Positions 26,727-40,388 of a DNA stretch of 64,000 nucleotides are shown piece by piece (within the stretch, counting starts at the first letter, position 1; every line of letters begins with the position of its first letter). This stretch comes from Lytechinus pictus (Eukaryota). The notes under the pieces are model-generated. The model saw only the letters and a list, made by a program, of their open reading frames with translations. It made no database searches and had not been told where the DNA came from. The DNA is taken from assembly GCF_037042905.1 (NCBI RefSeq), contig NC_087251.1, positions 8,930,001-8,994,000 of the forward strand, given 5' to 3'. Made by a program: the position numbers and the translations under genes.

Positions 26727-28349
26727 GACTTACTGAATGATTGAACGAAGTATATTCATCGAAAACATAACACGCATATATTATAGGTTATTTTGCAATT
26801 TGTTAGGGAAGGGGTAAAATAGTAAAGTAAAACAAAACCCTTATCTTATGTCTATTTCATTCTTTATTCGAAGTGATGTGATAACCATGCAAATAATTTA
26901 GTTTTGTTACATTCAGTATATTGTAGTTTAAAAGACTATTCCACAATTTTTTCATCAGTGTTATTATTTTAGTTTCTCCGTTCTCGCCTTCTTACAGAAA
27001 CTCGTACACATTAATGAAATTTAGTTTTATTCGCCGAAAGAAAATGACTATTATACTATAAATGAGTTAGGCCTTGATAAACAGATATTATGATTCCAGA
27101 ATGAGTTTGTATTTGAAATATTTATTAGATTGTTATGGAATTAATGTGATTTAAAGTCTCTTATAAACGGATGAAATTGTGAATAATACTGTCCTAACTT
27201 GCCTTTATGTCTCATTAACGGCAATGATTTTGTCTATGTCATTGGTAACTCATCGTACTCTTATCTTGAAGTATAAAGTATACCTATATAATTTTGTACA
27301 AATATCCTCTGCTTCCAGATAACATGACCCCCCCCCACACACACACACACACACATACATTCACACCAGTGTATTCAAAAGATGCTTTGATTGGTTTATG
27401 ATCAAAGTTATAACCATATTTTAAATATATTAGTATCATATAATTCATAAATAGACGTATTATAACCATACTCTAATATGATGCAGGTGATATAACATTT
27501 GCAATATGCTAAACGAAGGGATTTGTCATTGGCAAAATCTTGTCAGATTAGATTGAGCGCGGGAACGCCGGAGCGGCCGCGCAAAAGATTTTGCATTTTT
27601 TAAATGCAAAATTGGGCAATTTAGCACCTTGACCGCATTTAAATGAATCCACGCATTAATAGTAGTATCAATTATTTGACAATTATGTTGTTGCTTTCTT
27701 GAAAAGTGGCGAGGGGGATGATTGTACATGCCGACCCCCTCTCCGAAAAGTGGGGGGATGTATCCCCCATTCTCCCCGGATTTACGCCGTGTTGGGGGGG
27801 GGGGGGGGTCAGACGATGCAACACCTTTTGGTCTGCCCCCTCCTACCAGAGCCGTGCACTGCTTAATATAATGGAGTGTTTTAACCCAAAAGCAAGATCG
27901 TGTACCCTCCACTGGAAAGGATTTGTATGGTGACCCGAGAAGAAGTAAAAAGCAGGGGAAATATATATTAACATTTACTATATAATAATGGTAGACAATA
28001 ATTATATGAAAATAGAGCAATTATACACTTACAGTTTAGTAGATAGAGAGATGTTCCCCCATGATGGCAAAGATGAAAATATTTCAGCTAAGTATGAGGC
28101 AATAGCAAGCATGCACATCCAGGGAATGCACAGCGCAGATCAAAATTCACTGGTTCAAAGGACTGCAATGCAGAAGAATGGCCAACATTCAAGTTCAACC
28201 ATACGCAAGTTAATTCTTCATCAAGCTAATTTTTATTTCCTCCTTCCTGTATACGCGGATGTGAAAACCACATTTGGAAAATAAAATCTTTCACATTCCT
28301 CAATCCTATTCACCAAATTTCTTGATCACAGCAGTATCTACTGTCATTT

Positions 28350-28771
28350 TACAGGTTCCCCAAATCTCTGTATCGATGAGATGTCTCATGAAGAATGGAC
28401 AAACCTAAGTATCGTTGCATGAGAAAGGCGTGGAACCAGCAGAGACTTGGCCTTTAACCCATCCATTTCTTGGAACGATTCGTAACTATTGATGACACTT
28501 GGGTTCTTCACTATCAGCCTGAGATCAAGTAGTAGTCTGATAATAATGGAAGCATCTCATGTCATCAACTCCAAAGAAGGCCAACTCAAGTTTGTCAATT
28601 TTTCATCAGACACTATATGATACAGGAACCTGTAAAATCAGATTAGAAATTACTATGACCAAGAAATTTGGTGAGTAGGACTGAGAACAAAAAGATTTTA
28701 TGGAGTAAATTTGGTCCTGATGGCTCAATCCTTTCTATATGTTAGGCTCAAAACCTTTCAGTCGCCCCTCG
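28350..28771 (+). mobile_element. Degenerate mariner transposon relic
   Basis: FLERFVTIDDTWVLHYQPEIK**S...WKH...TPKKA matches the first catalytic-D region of mariner transposases; 3' end ...GCCCCTCG followed by TA. Confidence 0.75.
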
Positions 28772-30164
28772 TAGTATTTACCCTGGATAAGCTACACTGA
28801 AATCTAGGTCAGCCATAAACAAAGTCACATGGGGCGTCAAATAAAGAGGCGTTGGACCAGGGTAGCAAAATAGAAAAGAGCGTATATAGGCCCTAAGAGA
28901 TATTTATTCTGTAAGGTAGGCCTACATGTTTCAGGCTCAAATTCAATCCCCTCTCTCTGTCTATCTCTATATTTAACCCTCCGTCCCTTTCTGTATATAT
29001 TTAATGGTGTTGCAGTACAGTAGGCTTAAATCTACAACTTACAAAAAAGTTGGTGTTGCGTATAGGCCTCCGCATCTACCTTACAATTTTTCTTGTGTCT
29101 GTGAAAACATTCATTTTGTTGCAATTCCCCGCCACAAAGGAAGACTCCCGAATTGATAATAATCGTTATCATGATAACGCCCTGTCAAGCAACATAATAT
29201 AAAAACAAATATCATGAATATCATGTTTTATCATTCCAGGTGCGTCACAAAACCATTGAACATTTTCTCCTCAAACAATCATGAATAATCACATCTTTTT
29301 TTTTTATTGGAAGGGGGTGCGAACCCCCAACCCCTCCCCGTTTTTCCCACACTGATTTATGAAAAGAGAAAGCAAGTTTCGTTTTCCGTCTCTCACATAA
29401 ATACAGAATCACGAATACTGACTGTGTCCTACTTTCTATATGACATTGTAAAAGTATAGAGCAAAGAGAATAAATTGCGGATGACTGTGCAAATATGCAT
29501 GACAGGTTTTTAGTGTGCTCATGCAGGCAAATCGATAATGGACCCCCTATCAGACTGCACATTGTATATTGATATCGCGTGATTGATATGACAAATCCAA
29601 TAATCTTCAATGTGTTCACAAAAGCAGTTTTATGTCATGTAGAAGTGCAACCCAGGATAAGTTTTAGACGACGAATATTGCAATGAATAGAGAAAATAAT
29701 CTGTTTTGGGCCTTAAAATCGTTGATTGTTGAGGGGTGAGAAAACGGGTATGAATTATTCAATTTGGTTTATTAAAAAAACCGATCCAGGTTCGCGGAAA
29801 AAATGCCGAACTTAATGAGGATATTACCAAATTACCTCAACCTCCATTGAAATGTTATACGTATTGAATGAATATATCAATATAAACATCATAAAAATAT
29901 CAAGATCAGTCAAACAAAATTGTGTAATACATAAAATTCTAAGGAATAACATGATTGATTAAAAATAAATTTTCTCTCATCTGATGACTTACGCTTTACA
30001 TGACGTATAGCACCGTATGTAAATTAAAATTGTTTAAACTTGTACTGATTGTGATGCGAAAGGTAAACATGTGTAAATGGAATATATTTGCTTGACCTAT
30101 ATAAGTCGGATATGAATGAAAAAGAACATGACGATAGATGGATAAATTGTTGAATATATATATA

Positions 30165-31125
30165 CAGTGCGTATCAAAAAAAAAGTTTAAACTTTGAAAA
30201 ACCCCTGGGAATCGAAAAATATACAAAATGTGGGTAAGTTTTTTCACATATATTCTTGGGTTTGGGTCTCATCTATCCAATGGAAGTAAAAGTTTTGACA
30301 GAATGTTACACTTGAGTGAGCACTGTCCATTTTTGTAAAGCTCGCAGAAATGCTCGTTTTCACGCTGTGTCAATGGGAAAGGGTGAAATCAAACTTACCC
30401 TGCGAAACATTTCTCATACATTTCCCTTGTACTTTAGTCAACTGATATAGAACGAATACATTCAAGCATTTTGTAACAATTTTGCCACCTAAACTGAAAT
30501 TTCAACACTTAGTAAGCTCAACCTTTACCCTTTTTGTGCCAGCTGGATCTAAGGACATAACTGAATCTGAACAAAAGTTTATATCAGACATCTCCAGCCT
30601 TTTTTTTACTAAGTTTTTATCATTTAAAGTGGGTTTACATTTCATTTTTTATTTAATACTTGTTTCTCCACACTTTTCCCAAGCTTGACAATGATTAACA
30701 AAATGAAAATCGTGCCTAAGCCATTTCATGTAAATCACAGCTCAGTGTAAAGCAATTATCGTCACGATGGCCTCGGTGTGTGGGGGAGCGGGGTGGTTCG
30801 CAATGCACTGTTTTGAGCAAGGAAACAAGTTAAACAGGTAAAAGATATCTTCAAATCAATTTTACTAGCTAAATTCCACATGTTCTTCATGATTAAGGTA
30901 TACTTTTATTCGCATAACTATTTCAAAGTTCTGCGCAAATCATTTTTCACTAACTTTTCCAAACTAAGTGGTGCTCACTCAAGCGGAAATATTTTTCGAC
31001 AGTTATATCGTCATTTGCTTAAATGGATCTGTACCAATGTTAAAATGTGGAAAAATCACCAGGATATTACCAATGTATAATTTTACAGGATTTTTTCTGA
31101 GTGTAAACTTTTTTTTTGATACGCA

Positions 31126-31128
<3 letters not shown>
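30165..31128. mobile_element. Tc1-like non-autonomous element
   Basis: TA|CAGTGCGTATCAAAAAAAAAGTTT ... AAACTTTTTTTTTGATACGCACTG|TA. Confidence 0.9.
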
Positions 31129-31162
<34 letters not shown>

Positions 31163-31182
31163 AGTATATAATATATATCGTT

Positions 31183-31322
31183 AGAGAGATCAGAGAGTGG
31201 GAGAGAGAGAGTGAGGGAGTGAGGGGAGGGAGGGGGAGAGAAGGGGGGAGATGAAGAGAGAGAGAGAGAGGGAGATAGATAGATAGATATATAGATAAAT
31301 AGATAGAGATAGACAGACAGAT
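31183..31322. repeat. GA/GATA low-complexity purine tract
   Basis: Direct observation. Confidence 0.85.
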
Positions 31323-31889
31323 ATATTATTTATATTCTGGGCAAAACTCCTATACGTGATGGTAATTGTCAACACCGTAACCAGTTCATTTAATTTCTCA
31401 TGCCGCATATTTATTGTTTCGAAGATATAGGAAATACATATTATAATGTAAACAGCACAACAACGACATAAGGAAGGACATAATTTCTCAGAAATCAAAA
31501 GTTACGAATCATTTAATCAATGCAAAGTAAAATACAAGAAGTTGATTAGTATATAGGAAACAACATGTCAATAATGGTGTAGATAATTAGCATGATCAAT
31601 AGTGGCTGGGAAGGGGGGGGGGTAGTATTTGGCGATGCAAACTGATAAACTATTGTGGGAGGGGGTGAGACAGAAGATCAGCAGATTGCAAAGAATTGGT
31701 CTGGAAGGTGAGGTGTATCTGGCATGACCTAGTGGATGGTTGTAAGGCGAATGAGGAACTTAAATGTTAGCCTATACATACAAGTATGAATCATCAATTA
31801 TAATAAGTTCCTTCACTAAATACACGTACCTGTAGCGAGCTTATCATTGAAATTTTACATTTTCGTTTATATTTTTTTGTTTTGTAGTG

Positions 31890-32328
31890 ATCTTTATTAT
31901 TCATTCAAATAAATTTCATACATACATAATCAAGAAAATATAGAACAAATTGATAATTGCAGCAGTGCAATACACAAATTAAATAACAGTGTAATAAACA
32001 TAGCAGGCAAATTGTATCAGAAAAGAGACATAATCCGAACTCATGCAAAAATAAAATTTCAACAACTTATGTATGCAGCTATAAAGCAAATAATAAAACA
32101 AAGACGTAACAACTACGCAAATTTAAAGAATGAATGTATATGAGCATTCTCCCGTCCCATGAGCCCCCCCCTATCAGACCCCAAAGCTGAACAAACACAC
32201 CAACAACAAGAAACGGGAGAAAAAGACAGAAAAAAAACACCATACACATAACGAAGAGAGAGAAGAAAAAAAAAAAAATAAAAATAAAAAATAAAAAAGC
32301 AAAGGACAGGACAGGAACAATTAAAAGG

Positions 32329-32367
<39 letters not shown>

Positions 32368-33480
32368 ACGAACCAATAACAGACAGGACAGAGGTCAGTT
32401 TACAGCGACAGTGATCGATCGATTCCATGCACAGGCAGACGAGGGGCACCCCTCCCTTCCCCATCCTTTTTATTTTGGTTAATGTTTATAAAACCTTTAA
32501 ATATTCCCATTTTTTATAGTGTCGCGTTAACGTATTACGCTCTAATGAAATTTTCTTTTCTTCTTCTTTGCTAATAAGTAACTTTTCCTTTATCTCTTCA
32601 GGAGTTGGTGGTTTACCCTTCCCTCTCCCTTGATATATTAAATATTTGATTAGCAAAATGATATGATTAAGTAATTGTATGTTTTCGGTTGTTTCCTCGA
32701 GACCAATATGGATTTCCATCCAGCTTAGTTTTTTTAGAATTGGAAGGCCAAACAAATTACTACTCCGTACCCACAAATCTCCTACTTTTTCACATTCAAA
32801 AAATAAATGCTTATATGTTTCTTCGTATTTTCTACAGAAGGAACATTTATCACTTGCTATAAAATGAAATCTGTATAAGTGATGATTCAGAAAGATGATA
32901 TTGTATAACATTTTAAATTGAAATTCTCTCAATTTGTTATCCAACGTACTAAATCTAGGACGATAAAATGTTTTCTCAATTTCTTTATTTGACAGATTAT
33001 ATAATAATGCTAAGTTATGAAAACTGACTGGTTGTTCAGCAATTTGTTTTATACACCCTCTATATAGATTTTTGGAAGTAACCGAGTCGAATTGAATTTT
33101 TTTCTCATAAAAGACAAATTCAATATTCAAGCCGTCCACTGAAGTATTCCTTCTTAATCTGTATTTCCATTCTCTGGGGGTATGTGCAAATATTTCTTGA
33201 ATAACTGATACTTCCTCCTCGTCCAATCCCATACATCTGAAATAATTATCCGGCTTAAGTGCCCCCTTAACATCTGTAATGTGATGAAATTTAAAAATAT
33301 TTTTGAGGAACAGATTTTCATGAAAAAACGTTTTTCCTTTCTTCAAAATACACTTATTATTAAAGAAAATTTCATTTCTTTTACTATTTGTATCTTTTTT
33401 AATAAAAATATTCATATCAGACCAAATACATAACATTTCTCGGTAATATTTTGGTAATTTAACATTTTGTTTTCGATACT
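31890..33480 (-). mobile_element. 5'-truncated L1/Tx1-like LINE: ORF2 C-terminus with zf-RVT zinc knuckle plus 3' UTR
   Basis: 316-aa ORF 32486-33436 with LREFQFKMLY and CSFC...ETYKHLFFEC...W. Confidence 0.85.
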
Positions 33481-34053
33481 ATCGTGAAAGTGTCAGCTGT
33501 AATCGGTTTCTTGAACGGGAATGGTTACAAATTCGACATTTTCGACACAGTCGAAATGACGGTTGTTATGGGTTAAAATACTTCGATAGAACTCATACGA
33601 GAAAATTCGAAAGATGAATAATTTGGACGGCTATAAATTCAATTTAGTGCAGTGGAAGGCTGCCCTTTGGGATTTTCAAATGGTCGGATGATTAATGATG
33701 AAACAAGAAGGAAATTAGAGAGAATAAGATGTAAACGTGTCGTAGGTATTGCCTTAGGATAAAATAATGCACTAACGAGATAGTGCTATAAAATAAATCA
33801 TGTTTTCGAAATTATAATCTTTATCACGCTATAAGTAAATATCATGTAAGTACACGATATATATATATGAGAGCGCGAAATTTGTTGATATTAAGGCCAA
33901 AAAACGGAACATTTTAAGCATTTTTGTAATTATGAATAGGATGCATGGGTTGATATATTTTTAACAAAAATAATGCTAGCGCAAATCGCGAGCCGAAATT
34001 CTTGATAAACTGTCATGAAAGGGGGATTTTCAGTAGTTTGTTAGAATCAATAT

Positions 34054-34498
34054 TACGGAGCCTTTAAAGTGCCATCGACTTGACGACTTGGCGAGATACT
34101 TTATCTTGCCATGTCGACATAATAACCTTATTATGTCGACATGGCGAGATACGTTATCTCGCCAAGTCGACTTATAAATGTTATATGTCGACATGGCGAG
34201 ATACGTTATCTTGCCAAGTTGACTTATAAAAAGTTATATGTCAACATCGAGATATTTTGTCTTGCCAAGTCGACTTATAAAAAGTTATATGTCAACTTGG
34301 GAGATATTTGGACTCTCACCGGGCCTGGACACTTCATATCTTGCCATGTTGACATATAACGTTTTATAAGTCAACTTGGCAAGATACCGTATCTCGCCAT
34401 GTTGACATACAACTTTTTATAAGTCGACTTGGCGAGATAACGTATCTCGCAAGTATCTCGCCAAGTCATCAAGTCGATGGCACTTTAAAGGCTCCGTA
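34054..34498. mobile_element. Palindromic MITE with TACGG ends and internal subrepeats (IS3EU-like)
   Basis: About 45-bp TIRs; flanks CAATAT/CAATAC; repeated GTCGAC/GGCGAGAT units. Confidence 0.8.
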
Positions 34499-35263
34499 CA
34501 ATACAGTATACATGACTCACCAATCAAAATGCGAGCATGCAGCGCTAGCCTATACGTTTTGACAATCAGACCTGAAAAGGGTTGGAATACACGAAAAGAA
34601 TAGATACTTGACAAATCAAATAATGGCACGCAACGCTGAAAATCATATTCAGACCATAAAACGGTCATTTTACAGAACATTTAAAAAAATCAATTTGTAA
34701 ATCAAACAAAATAATGAAAGCTCGATGTCCGAGAAAAGTTTTGTACATTGACTTCAAATCTTTATATTTTAAGCTCCATATCAGCCTATTGAGCAAGTTA
34801 TGAATCCCATATATAGAACAGGCAATGCGAGCACGAACATGACGAAACGTGAAAGAAAAATTCATATAGTGACATGAAAGATGACTTCCCCTCACCTTAT
34901 CTTATTCCCTCGTCTTCATCGTCTTATTTTCCTTCCTTTTTTTTCTCCTCTCTTTTTTCCGCTCCTTCCACAAAAAGTGGGGGGCATTTGATATTGTGCC
35001 CCCCTTTCCAAAAAGTTGGGGGGGGGGCGACCCCCGGGATTTCCACCCATGTGTAAGTATAATATATCTTTATTCACTTTCAAATTCCATTAAACTGATG
35101 ATTTTCTTTCGCACTCGTGCAGAAAGAGGAAAAAAATTCCTACCCGCTTTCTATAGGCTTTGGAATATATCAAACTATTACGCGTGACCTCACTGAAACT
35201 GAAGGATCATTAGAAAATGCAACTTATATATGTAAAACTACCGAATGTCTATCATTGCCTGTA

Positions 35264-35415
35264 CTACATTCTTTGAATTAATTTAACAAGAATAGTGCCA
35301 TCTGTAGGTTTGATGGTAATTTGTGCTCCTGGTTTGGCCTCATCCAGAGTCTGAAGTGATTTGATAGAGAACTTTCGAATGATAACTTTGACCTCCATCA
35401 TTGCAAACCTTTGAC
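35264..35415 (-). CDS. CYP4 paralogue B exon 11 (12-nt in-frame deletion)
   Basis: [29 protein letters not shown]...QRM stop. Confidence 0.85.
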
Positions 35416-36276
35416 CTGCATAATATTTAGAGAAAATAAAAAGTACATAGAAAATTATTCTTAGTATAAATTATGTAAACTACCAAATTGTATCGACACA
35501 GTGTTGATTACAATATTCAGAAACAAGACGAAAAAAATTATGTACTAAATTTGCAAAGTCACTTTAAAACATACTCATTGCAAACTGGCTGCCGAAAAGG
35601 TAAACGTTTTAATTCCACTAAAAAGTATTCTAAAGTTTTTGCAGTTGAAATGCAAAACAGATCGTTTTAATAAGAGTGCATTACCACACTTTATAGGCCT
35701 ACATTGAGTAGATTCAAATAAAATCATATTCAGTCTTAAAATTGTCTAAAACCTATCATTCGTTAGTCTCCATTTCAATTCAAGTTCAATCAAATTTTAA
35801 TTTTGATCACTCTTTACAATTGTATTTATATATTAATTCTGTACATTCAATTTTTATTCTATTTGAATAGCTCTACAATATTGATTTTGAAGAATTTATT
35901 TATTTACTTATGCTACGCAAACCATAACTTCTTCCATGTAGCTGTATGTTTTGTTTGTTTTTCGTTCTATTATTGCCGATGGATGAAATTTATATATTTT
36001 TATTGTGAACGTGTGAATCTGATATGCTCCATATACTATCCGTTTATCTCTCATATTGTTCTTGATTACAATTTATGCAATGCTACGATTTAATCTCCCA
36101 AAAATAACTTAATCTAATCTTCAAACATTCAGATATTAAAAATACAACAAACACAAAAACATACAATCATGGATCAGTCATTATAGAATCGTTAGGAAAG
36201 GTTGCTATTAGAATTATTTATTAATCTATATATTTATCAATTATTCATTCATTATCTTATATATCTATTTTCATAC

Positions 36277-36456
36277 CAATGCAGTTTCTTGGTCCTGCAG
36301 AGAACGGAATGAATGCAAAAGGATGTCGCTTAGCCGAATTATCTGGTAAGAATCGATCAGGGTCAAACCGAGCTGGGTCAGGAAACTGTTCCGGGTCACG
36401 ATGTACGCCAACGATATTCACAAAGATGGATGTTCCTTTTGGGACTACTTTTCCAT
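36277..36456 (-). CDS. CYP4 paralogue B exon 10 (heme motif intact)
   Basis: [19 protein letters not shown]...[10 protein letters not shown]; 180 nt. Confidence 0.88.
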
Positions 36457-36673
36457 CTGCAATAGATCAAGGTAATTGCAGTGGATAGGAGAGGATTTTC
36501 TGCTACTTACAGTCAGAAATGGAAATACATGCAGGAAACTGCCATCTCGACTGCAAATAAAATCCTATTGATTGATTGATTAATTATTAATCAAATGAAA
36601 AAAAATATATGAAGTAAATAATGCCTTCGTATATAATGAAAAAGTTTGTGAAAGCAACCAGAAGTACACTTAC

Positions 36674-36804
36674 CCACGATGATATCATCTTCGAGGTTTC
36701 TAACAATACCTGGGACAGTTGGCATTAGACGAAGGGATTCCTTGACAACACAATTTACGTATGACATTTGAGGTCATCTGATGTGACAGGTCGCTCAGAT
36801 TTAC
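36674..36804 (-). pseudogene. CYP4 paralogue B exon 9 (4-nt deletion frameshift)
   Basis: [11 protein letters not shown] is followed by a frame shift into MSYVNCVVKESLRLMPTVPG. Confidence 0.85.
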
Positions 36805-37197
36805 CTATGATAGATTTCAAAGAGATTTGTCTTTTTTTTAAATTATCTTCCTTCCGTATACAATTAAGACAAGAAATATCTTAGAAGACAACATTTTTGA
36901 AACATGCCGAAATTCTTCATGAGTTATCGATTTTCCTGCGATTAATTCGAAGGCAGAAGCGTCTCTACACGCAATTTTCTGTGAATATCATCAAGTCATA
37001 AAAATCACATGCAGATATCTAAGATCACGATTTATTGAGACACTGAAAACACATTATTCAAATATTAATAAAAGTGTTTATTTCTACTAATTAATATTTC
37101 ATTATGTGTTAACGTTTAGAAGTATAATTACTGAAATACATTATACTGTTCCTCCTAAACAATGTTCTCAGATCAGGGACGTGGTCGATATATTCAT

Positions 37198-37757
37198 AAG
37201 GTGGTTTCAGACCGCCTCGAAGTTCCCCAGTTCCAGGTATTCTCTGATCGGGAAATTTACCCCGATCAGAAAATACCAGGTATTTTGGCGGTGTGAAAGC
37301 AAACTACGCGTAATATCCCCGAAAGAAAATACCCGATAAATATTAGGTACTTGGCGAAATTACGAGAACTTTCGCAGGGATTTTTCCAAGGTCGTGGGTA
37401 TTTTGGCGGTCTGAAAGCAAATTACGGGAACTTTTAGCCCAGCGTGTCGTTGGGTGCGGCGCCGTGCATGGGTTGCTGCTGGGCTAGTGATTTTGAATTT
37501 CGCGCCTTGCTGCTTATCAGACCATACTGCGCATGCTCGTAACTTCAGGAACTTATCCCGAAGGGTAATGTTTCAGGGCGGTGTGAATGCAGGAATAATT
37601 AATGGGTATTTTTCAGCCTATAGGTGGTTTCAAACCGCCTCGATCACAAGAATCCCCGTTAAATTACGAGAACTTTTTTAGGCTGAAAAATACCCATTAA
37701 TTATTCCTGCATTCACACCGCCCTGAAACATACCCTTCGGGATAAGTTCCTGAAGTT
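37198..37757. mobile_element. Rearranged DNA-element remnant with internal inverted duplication
   Basis: AGGTGGTTTCA(G/A)ACCGCCTCGA occurs twice (37199, 37622); 37541-37619 is inverted at 37680-37757. Confidence 0.7.
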
Positions 37758-38138
37758 CTCTTGATTTCATAAATCTTAAACTTATACGTTAAAATTCGAA
37801 TCGAGCATGATAGCGCTGTTGCCACAAGGCATTGCTTACATTTTGAATAAATATCTGTAAAAAAATTCATTATAGTTTTAATTGTACCGAATTGTCTTCA
37901 TTACAACACATGCTTTGGGCAGAAAAGAAATCTTCAAATAATACTTGAAAATTAATCGTCTGATATAGTTCTACCGACTTTTAAAAACCTATAAAACTAC
38001 TTTCACTATGGCGAATTTGTGCAACAAATTGTCAGAAATAAATTCCATGTATTTTTACGGGGGTGTCTTTTTCATCTATTGGAGACAAGAAAAAGCGATG
38101 ACAAAAGATTTTTAGAAATAACAGTTACAGAAAAATAC

Positions 38139-38332
38139 CACAAATGATATCCAACACGCACTGAGTGACCAGAGGAAAGATGTTGATTGTCTCAGTTTCC
38201 GCCGCTAACTTTTCGAGTTTCTTGGCCAATATGAAGCTCTGCTCATTAAACACCTCCATGAAAGTATGTAGGATGGAGAAATGAAAGGTTGGAGTGAGTA
38301 GCTTGCGACGGTGAAACCATTTTTGACCTCCG
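38139..38332 (-). CDS. CYP4 paralogue B exon 4 (intact frame)
   Basis: [17 protein letters not shown]...VLDIIC; 194 nt, same as gene A. Confidence 0.85.
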
Positions 38333-40388
38333 CTGAAAATACCAATTGATTATTGAATGATACAGGTTGATGATAAAATCCACGAATCCAGGCGTAAATA
38401 TGACTTTTTTGTATTGATTTTAACAGGCCGATATACCTTAGATTTCCTATGCATATCTATTTTTTACAAGAAAATTTCAAAACTGTAACTATAATGTTAG
38501 ATGACCATTATGTGTCATTAATGGACATCCAAAAGCGTACTTACAATTCTGAAACTATGCATAGGAAATCAGAGGTTAGATATTCATTTAAATCTGACCT
38601 AAAATGTAAATGTGCATATTGTATCGATCAAGTTTTGGTCAACATAATTTATAATTTGACTTTTAGGACCAAATTTAAATATCCCTATGCTTCATGAATT
38701 CAGTGTCCATGTAACAGCAGTTTTTTTTTGCGGCTATTTCTAGATAAAATGAATGTGGGTCGGCCTATATAGCTTAAAGGAGTAAACAACACTAGGCCTA
38801 TACTTCTACTCATTATTTAGTGTTGGCAGATTAAATCTACACATTGAAAATAAATCTAACAACATTGTAGAACCTGGTTAACATAAACTAAACCGGTTTA
38901 TTTTCAGAGTTCAAACAACGTTATAAATTATGAATCCTCTTTAAATTGAGCAATGCTGACTAGAACTTGAACAATGTTTAATCAATTCTGAACAGTAAAC
39001 AAGGTTGCATATAAAGTTTTTTTCCTGTGTATATCCCGAAATGTTTTTTATGGTCGATGTTTTGTTCGATAAACTATGTCTTAAAGCATGCACAGTTTGA
39101 TGACACATGCATAACAATTTTTCAATTCAATTCATTTTATTCAATCATTTAAAAAATCAATATACAAACCAAAATATATAGAAAAATCATACATGAATAT
39201 ATACTAGTTTAAATGATTAGGGTGCCCCTAAAAGCAAAAACTTGATCAGTGGGACACCCAAAACATATATATATAAACGTACATAAAAGTGAAAAGGTAA
39301 CAATAATAAATACAAACAATACATAAGAAATAAGACTTTAAAGCTACAGGGGAGTGGGGGTGGGGGTCAGGAAAAGTGTGTGGAAATGAATTAAGTGATT
39401 AATTGGCATACATAATTACAAGTGAACTTTTGATATTTGTTTTAAATGCAGTAACATTTGTGCTAGAAAAATTACATTGGAAGGGAGGGAATTCCATATT
39501 CGAGGACCAGTGGATTTAAATGAATAAAGGGTTGACTGATTGAATGCTACATGATAATGAAATTTAGAATGGGAACGAGTATTGTATTGATGGTAGTCTT
39601 TATTATGTTTAAATAGATTAATCATATTAAGGGGTGCTAAGTTGTGATTTACGTAGTACATTAGAATTGCAATTTGAATTTTATGTATATCAAAAACTGT
39701 CAGCGTGTTTAATCTAAAAAAATAATGGGCGTGACGGAGCTAGGTAGTGGGAGTTAGAACAAATACGTAAAGCCGTTTTTTTGGAGTATGTGTATGGGGT
39801 TTAGTTTTGTAGTGCCACAACTTGCCCAAGTGATATTACCATAATAAATATAAGGAAGCAATAAAGAATTGTAGAGCATAAGCAAATGTTTTTCTGTAAG
39901 ATTATTACGTATATTTTTTGACATTTTATTACTAACAAAAAAGCGGTGTTCATCGTAAGACAATTTGTCATCAAATACAAATCCTAAGAATTTTTACGGA
40001 ATTTACTATAATTCTAAAGTTACATTTCTTATTTTAATATTGAAGTCAAAAGATACATTGTGGGATAAATGAGGTTTTCGAAAATACATAAAATTAGTTT
40101 TTTTCATGATTGACAACGAGTTTGTTTGCATCAAACCAATCAATAATCTTATATAATTCATCTGTTGTTTTTTCCAGTAAATATATAAAATTGCTATGGG
40201 TAGAAATAATAGTAGTGTCATCAGCAAATAAAACATAAGTAAAGAATGAAGATGCTGAACATAAATCATTTATATAAATAAGGAAAAGAAGCGGGCCCAG
40301 TATGGAGCCTTGGGGGACTCCATACTGGGCGATAGAATATTGATAATCATAATTATTAAATGAAGTGTAGTTTTGTCGATCTATTAAG

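Noticed and set aside
27526..28284. ORFs of 164 and 98 aa
   Set aside because: They span G-run repeat fragments and show no recognisable domain.
34080..34470. Regularly spaced short repeats resembling a CRISPR array
   Set aside because: Eukaryotic context, no unique spacers, mixed orientation and no cas genes; they are the interior of a MITE.
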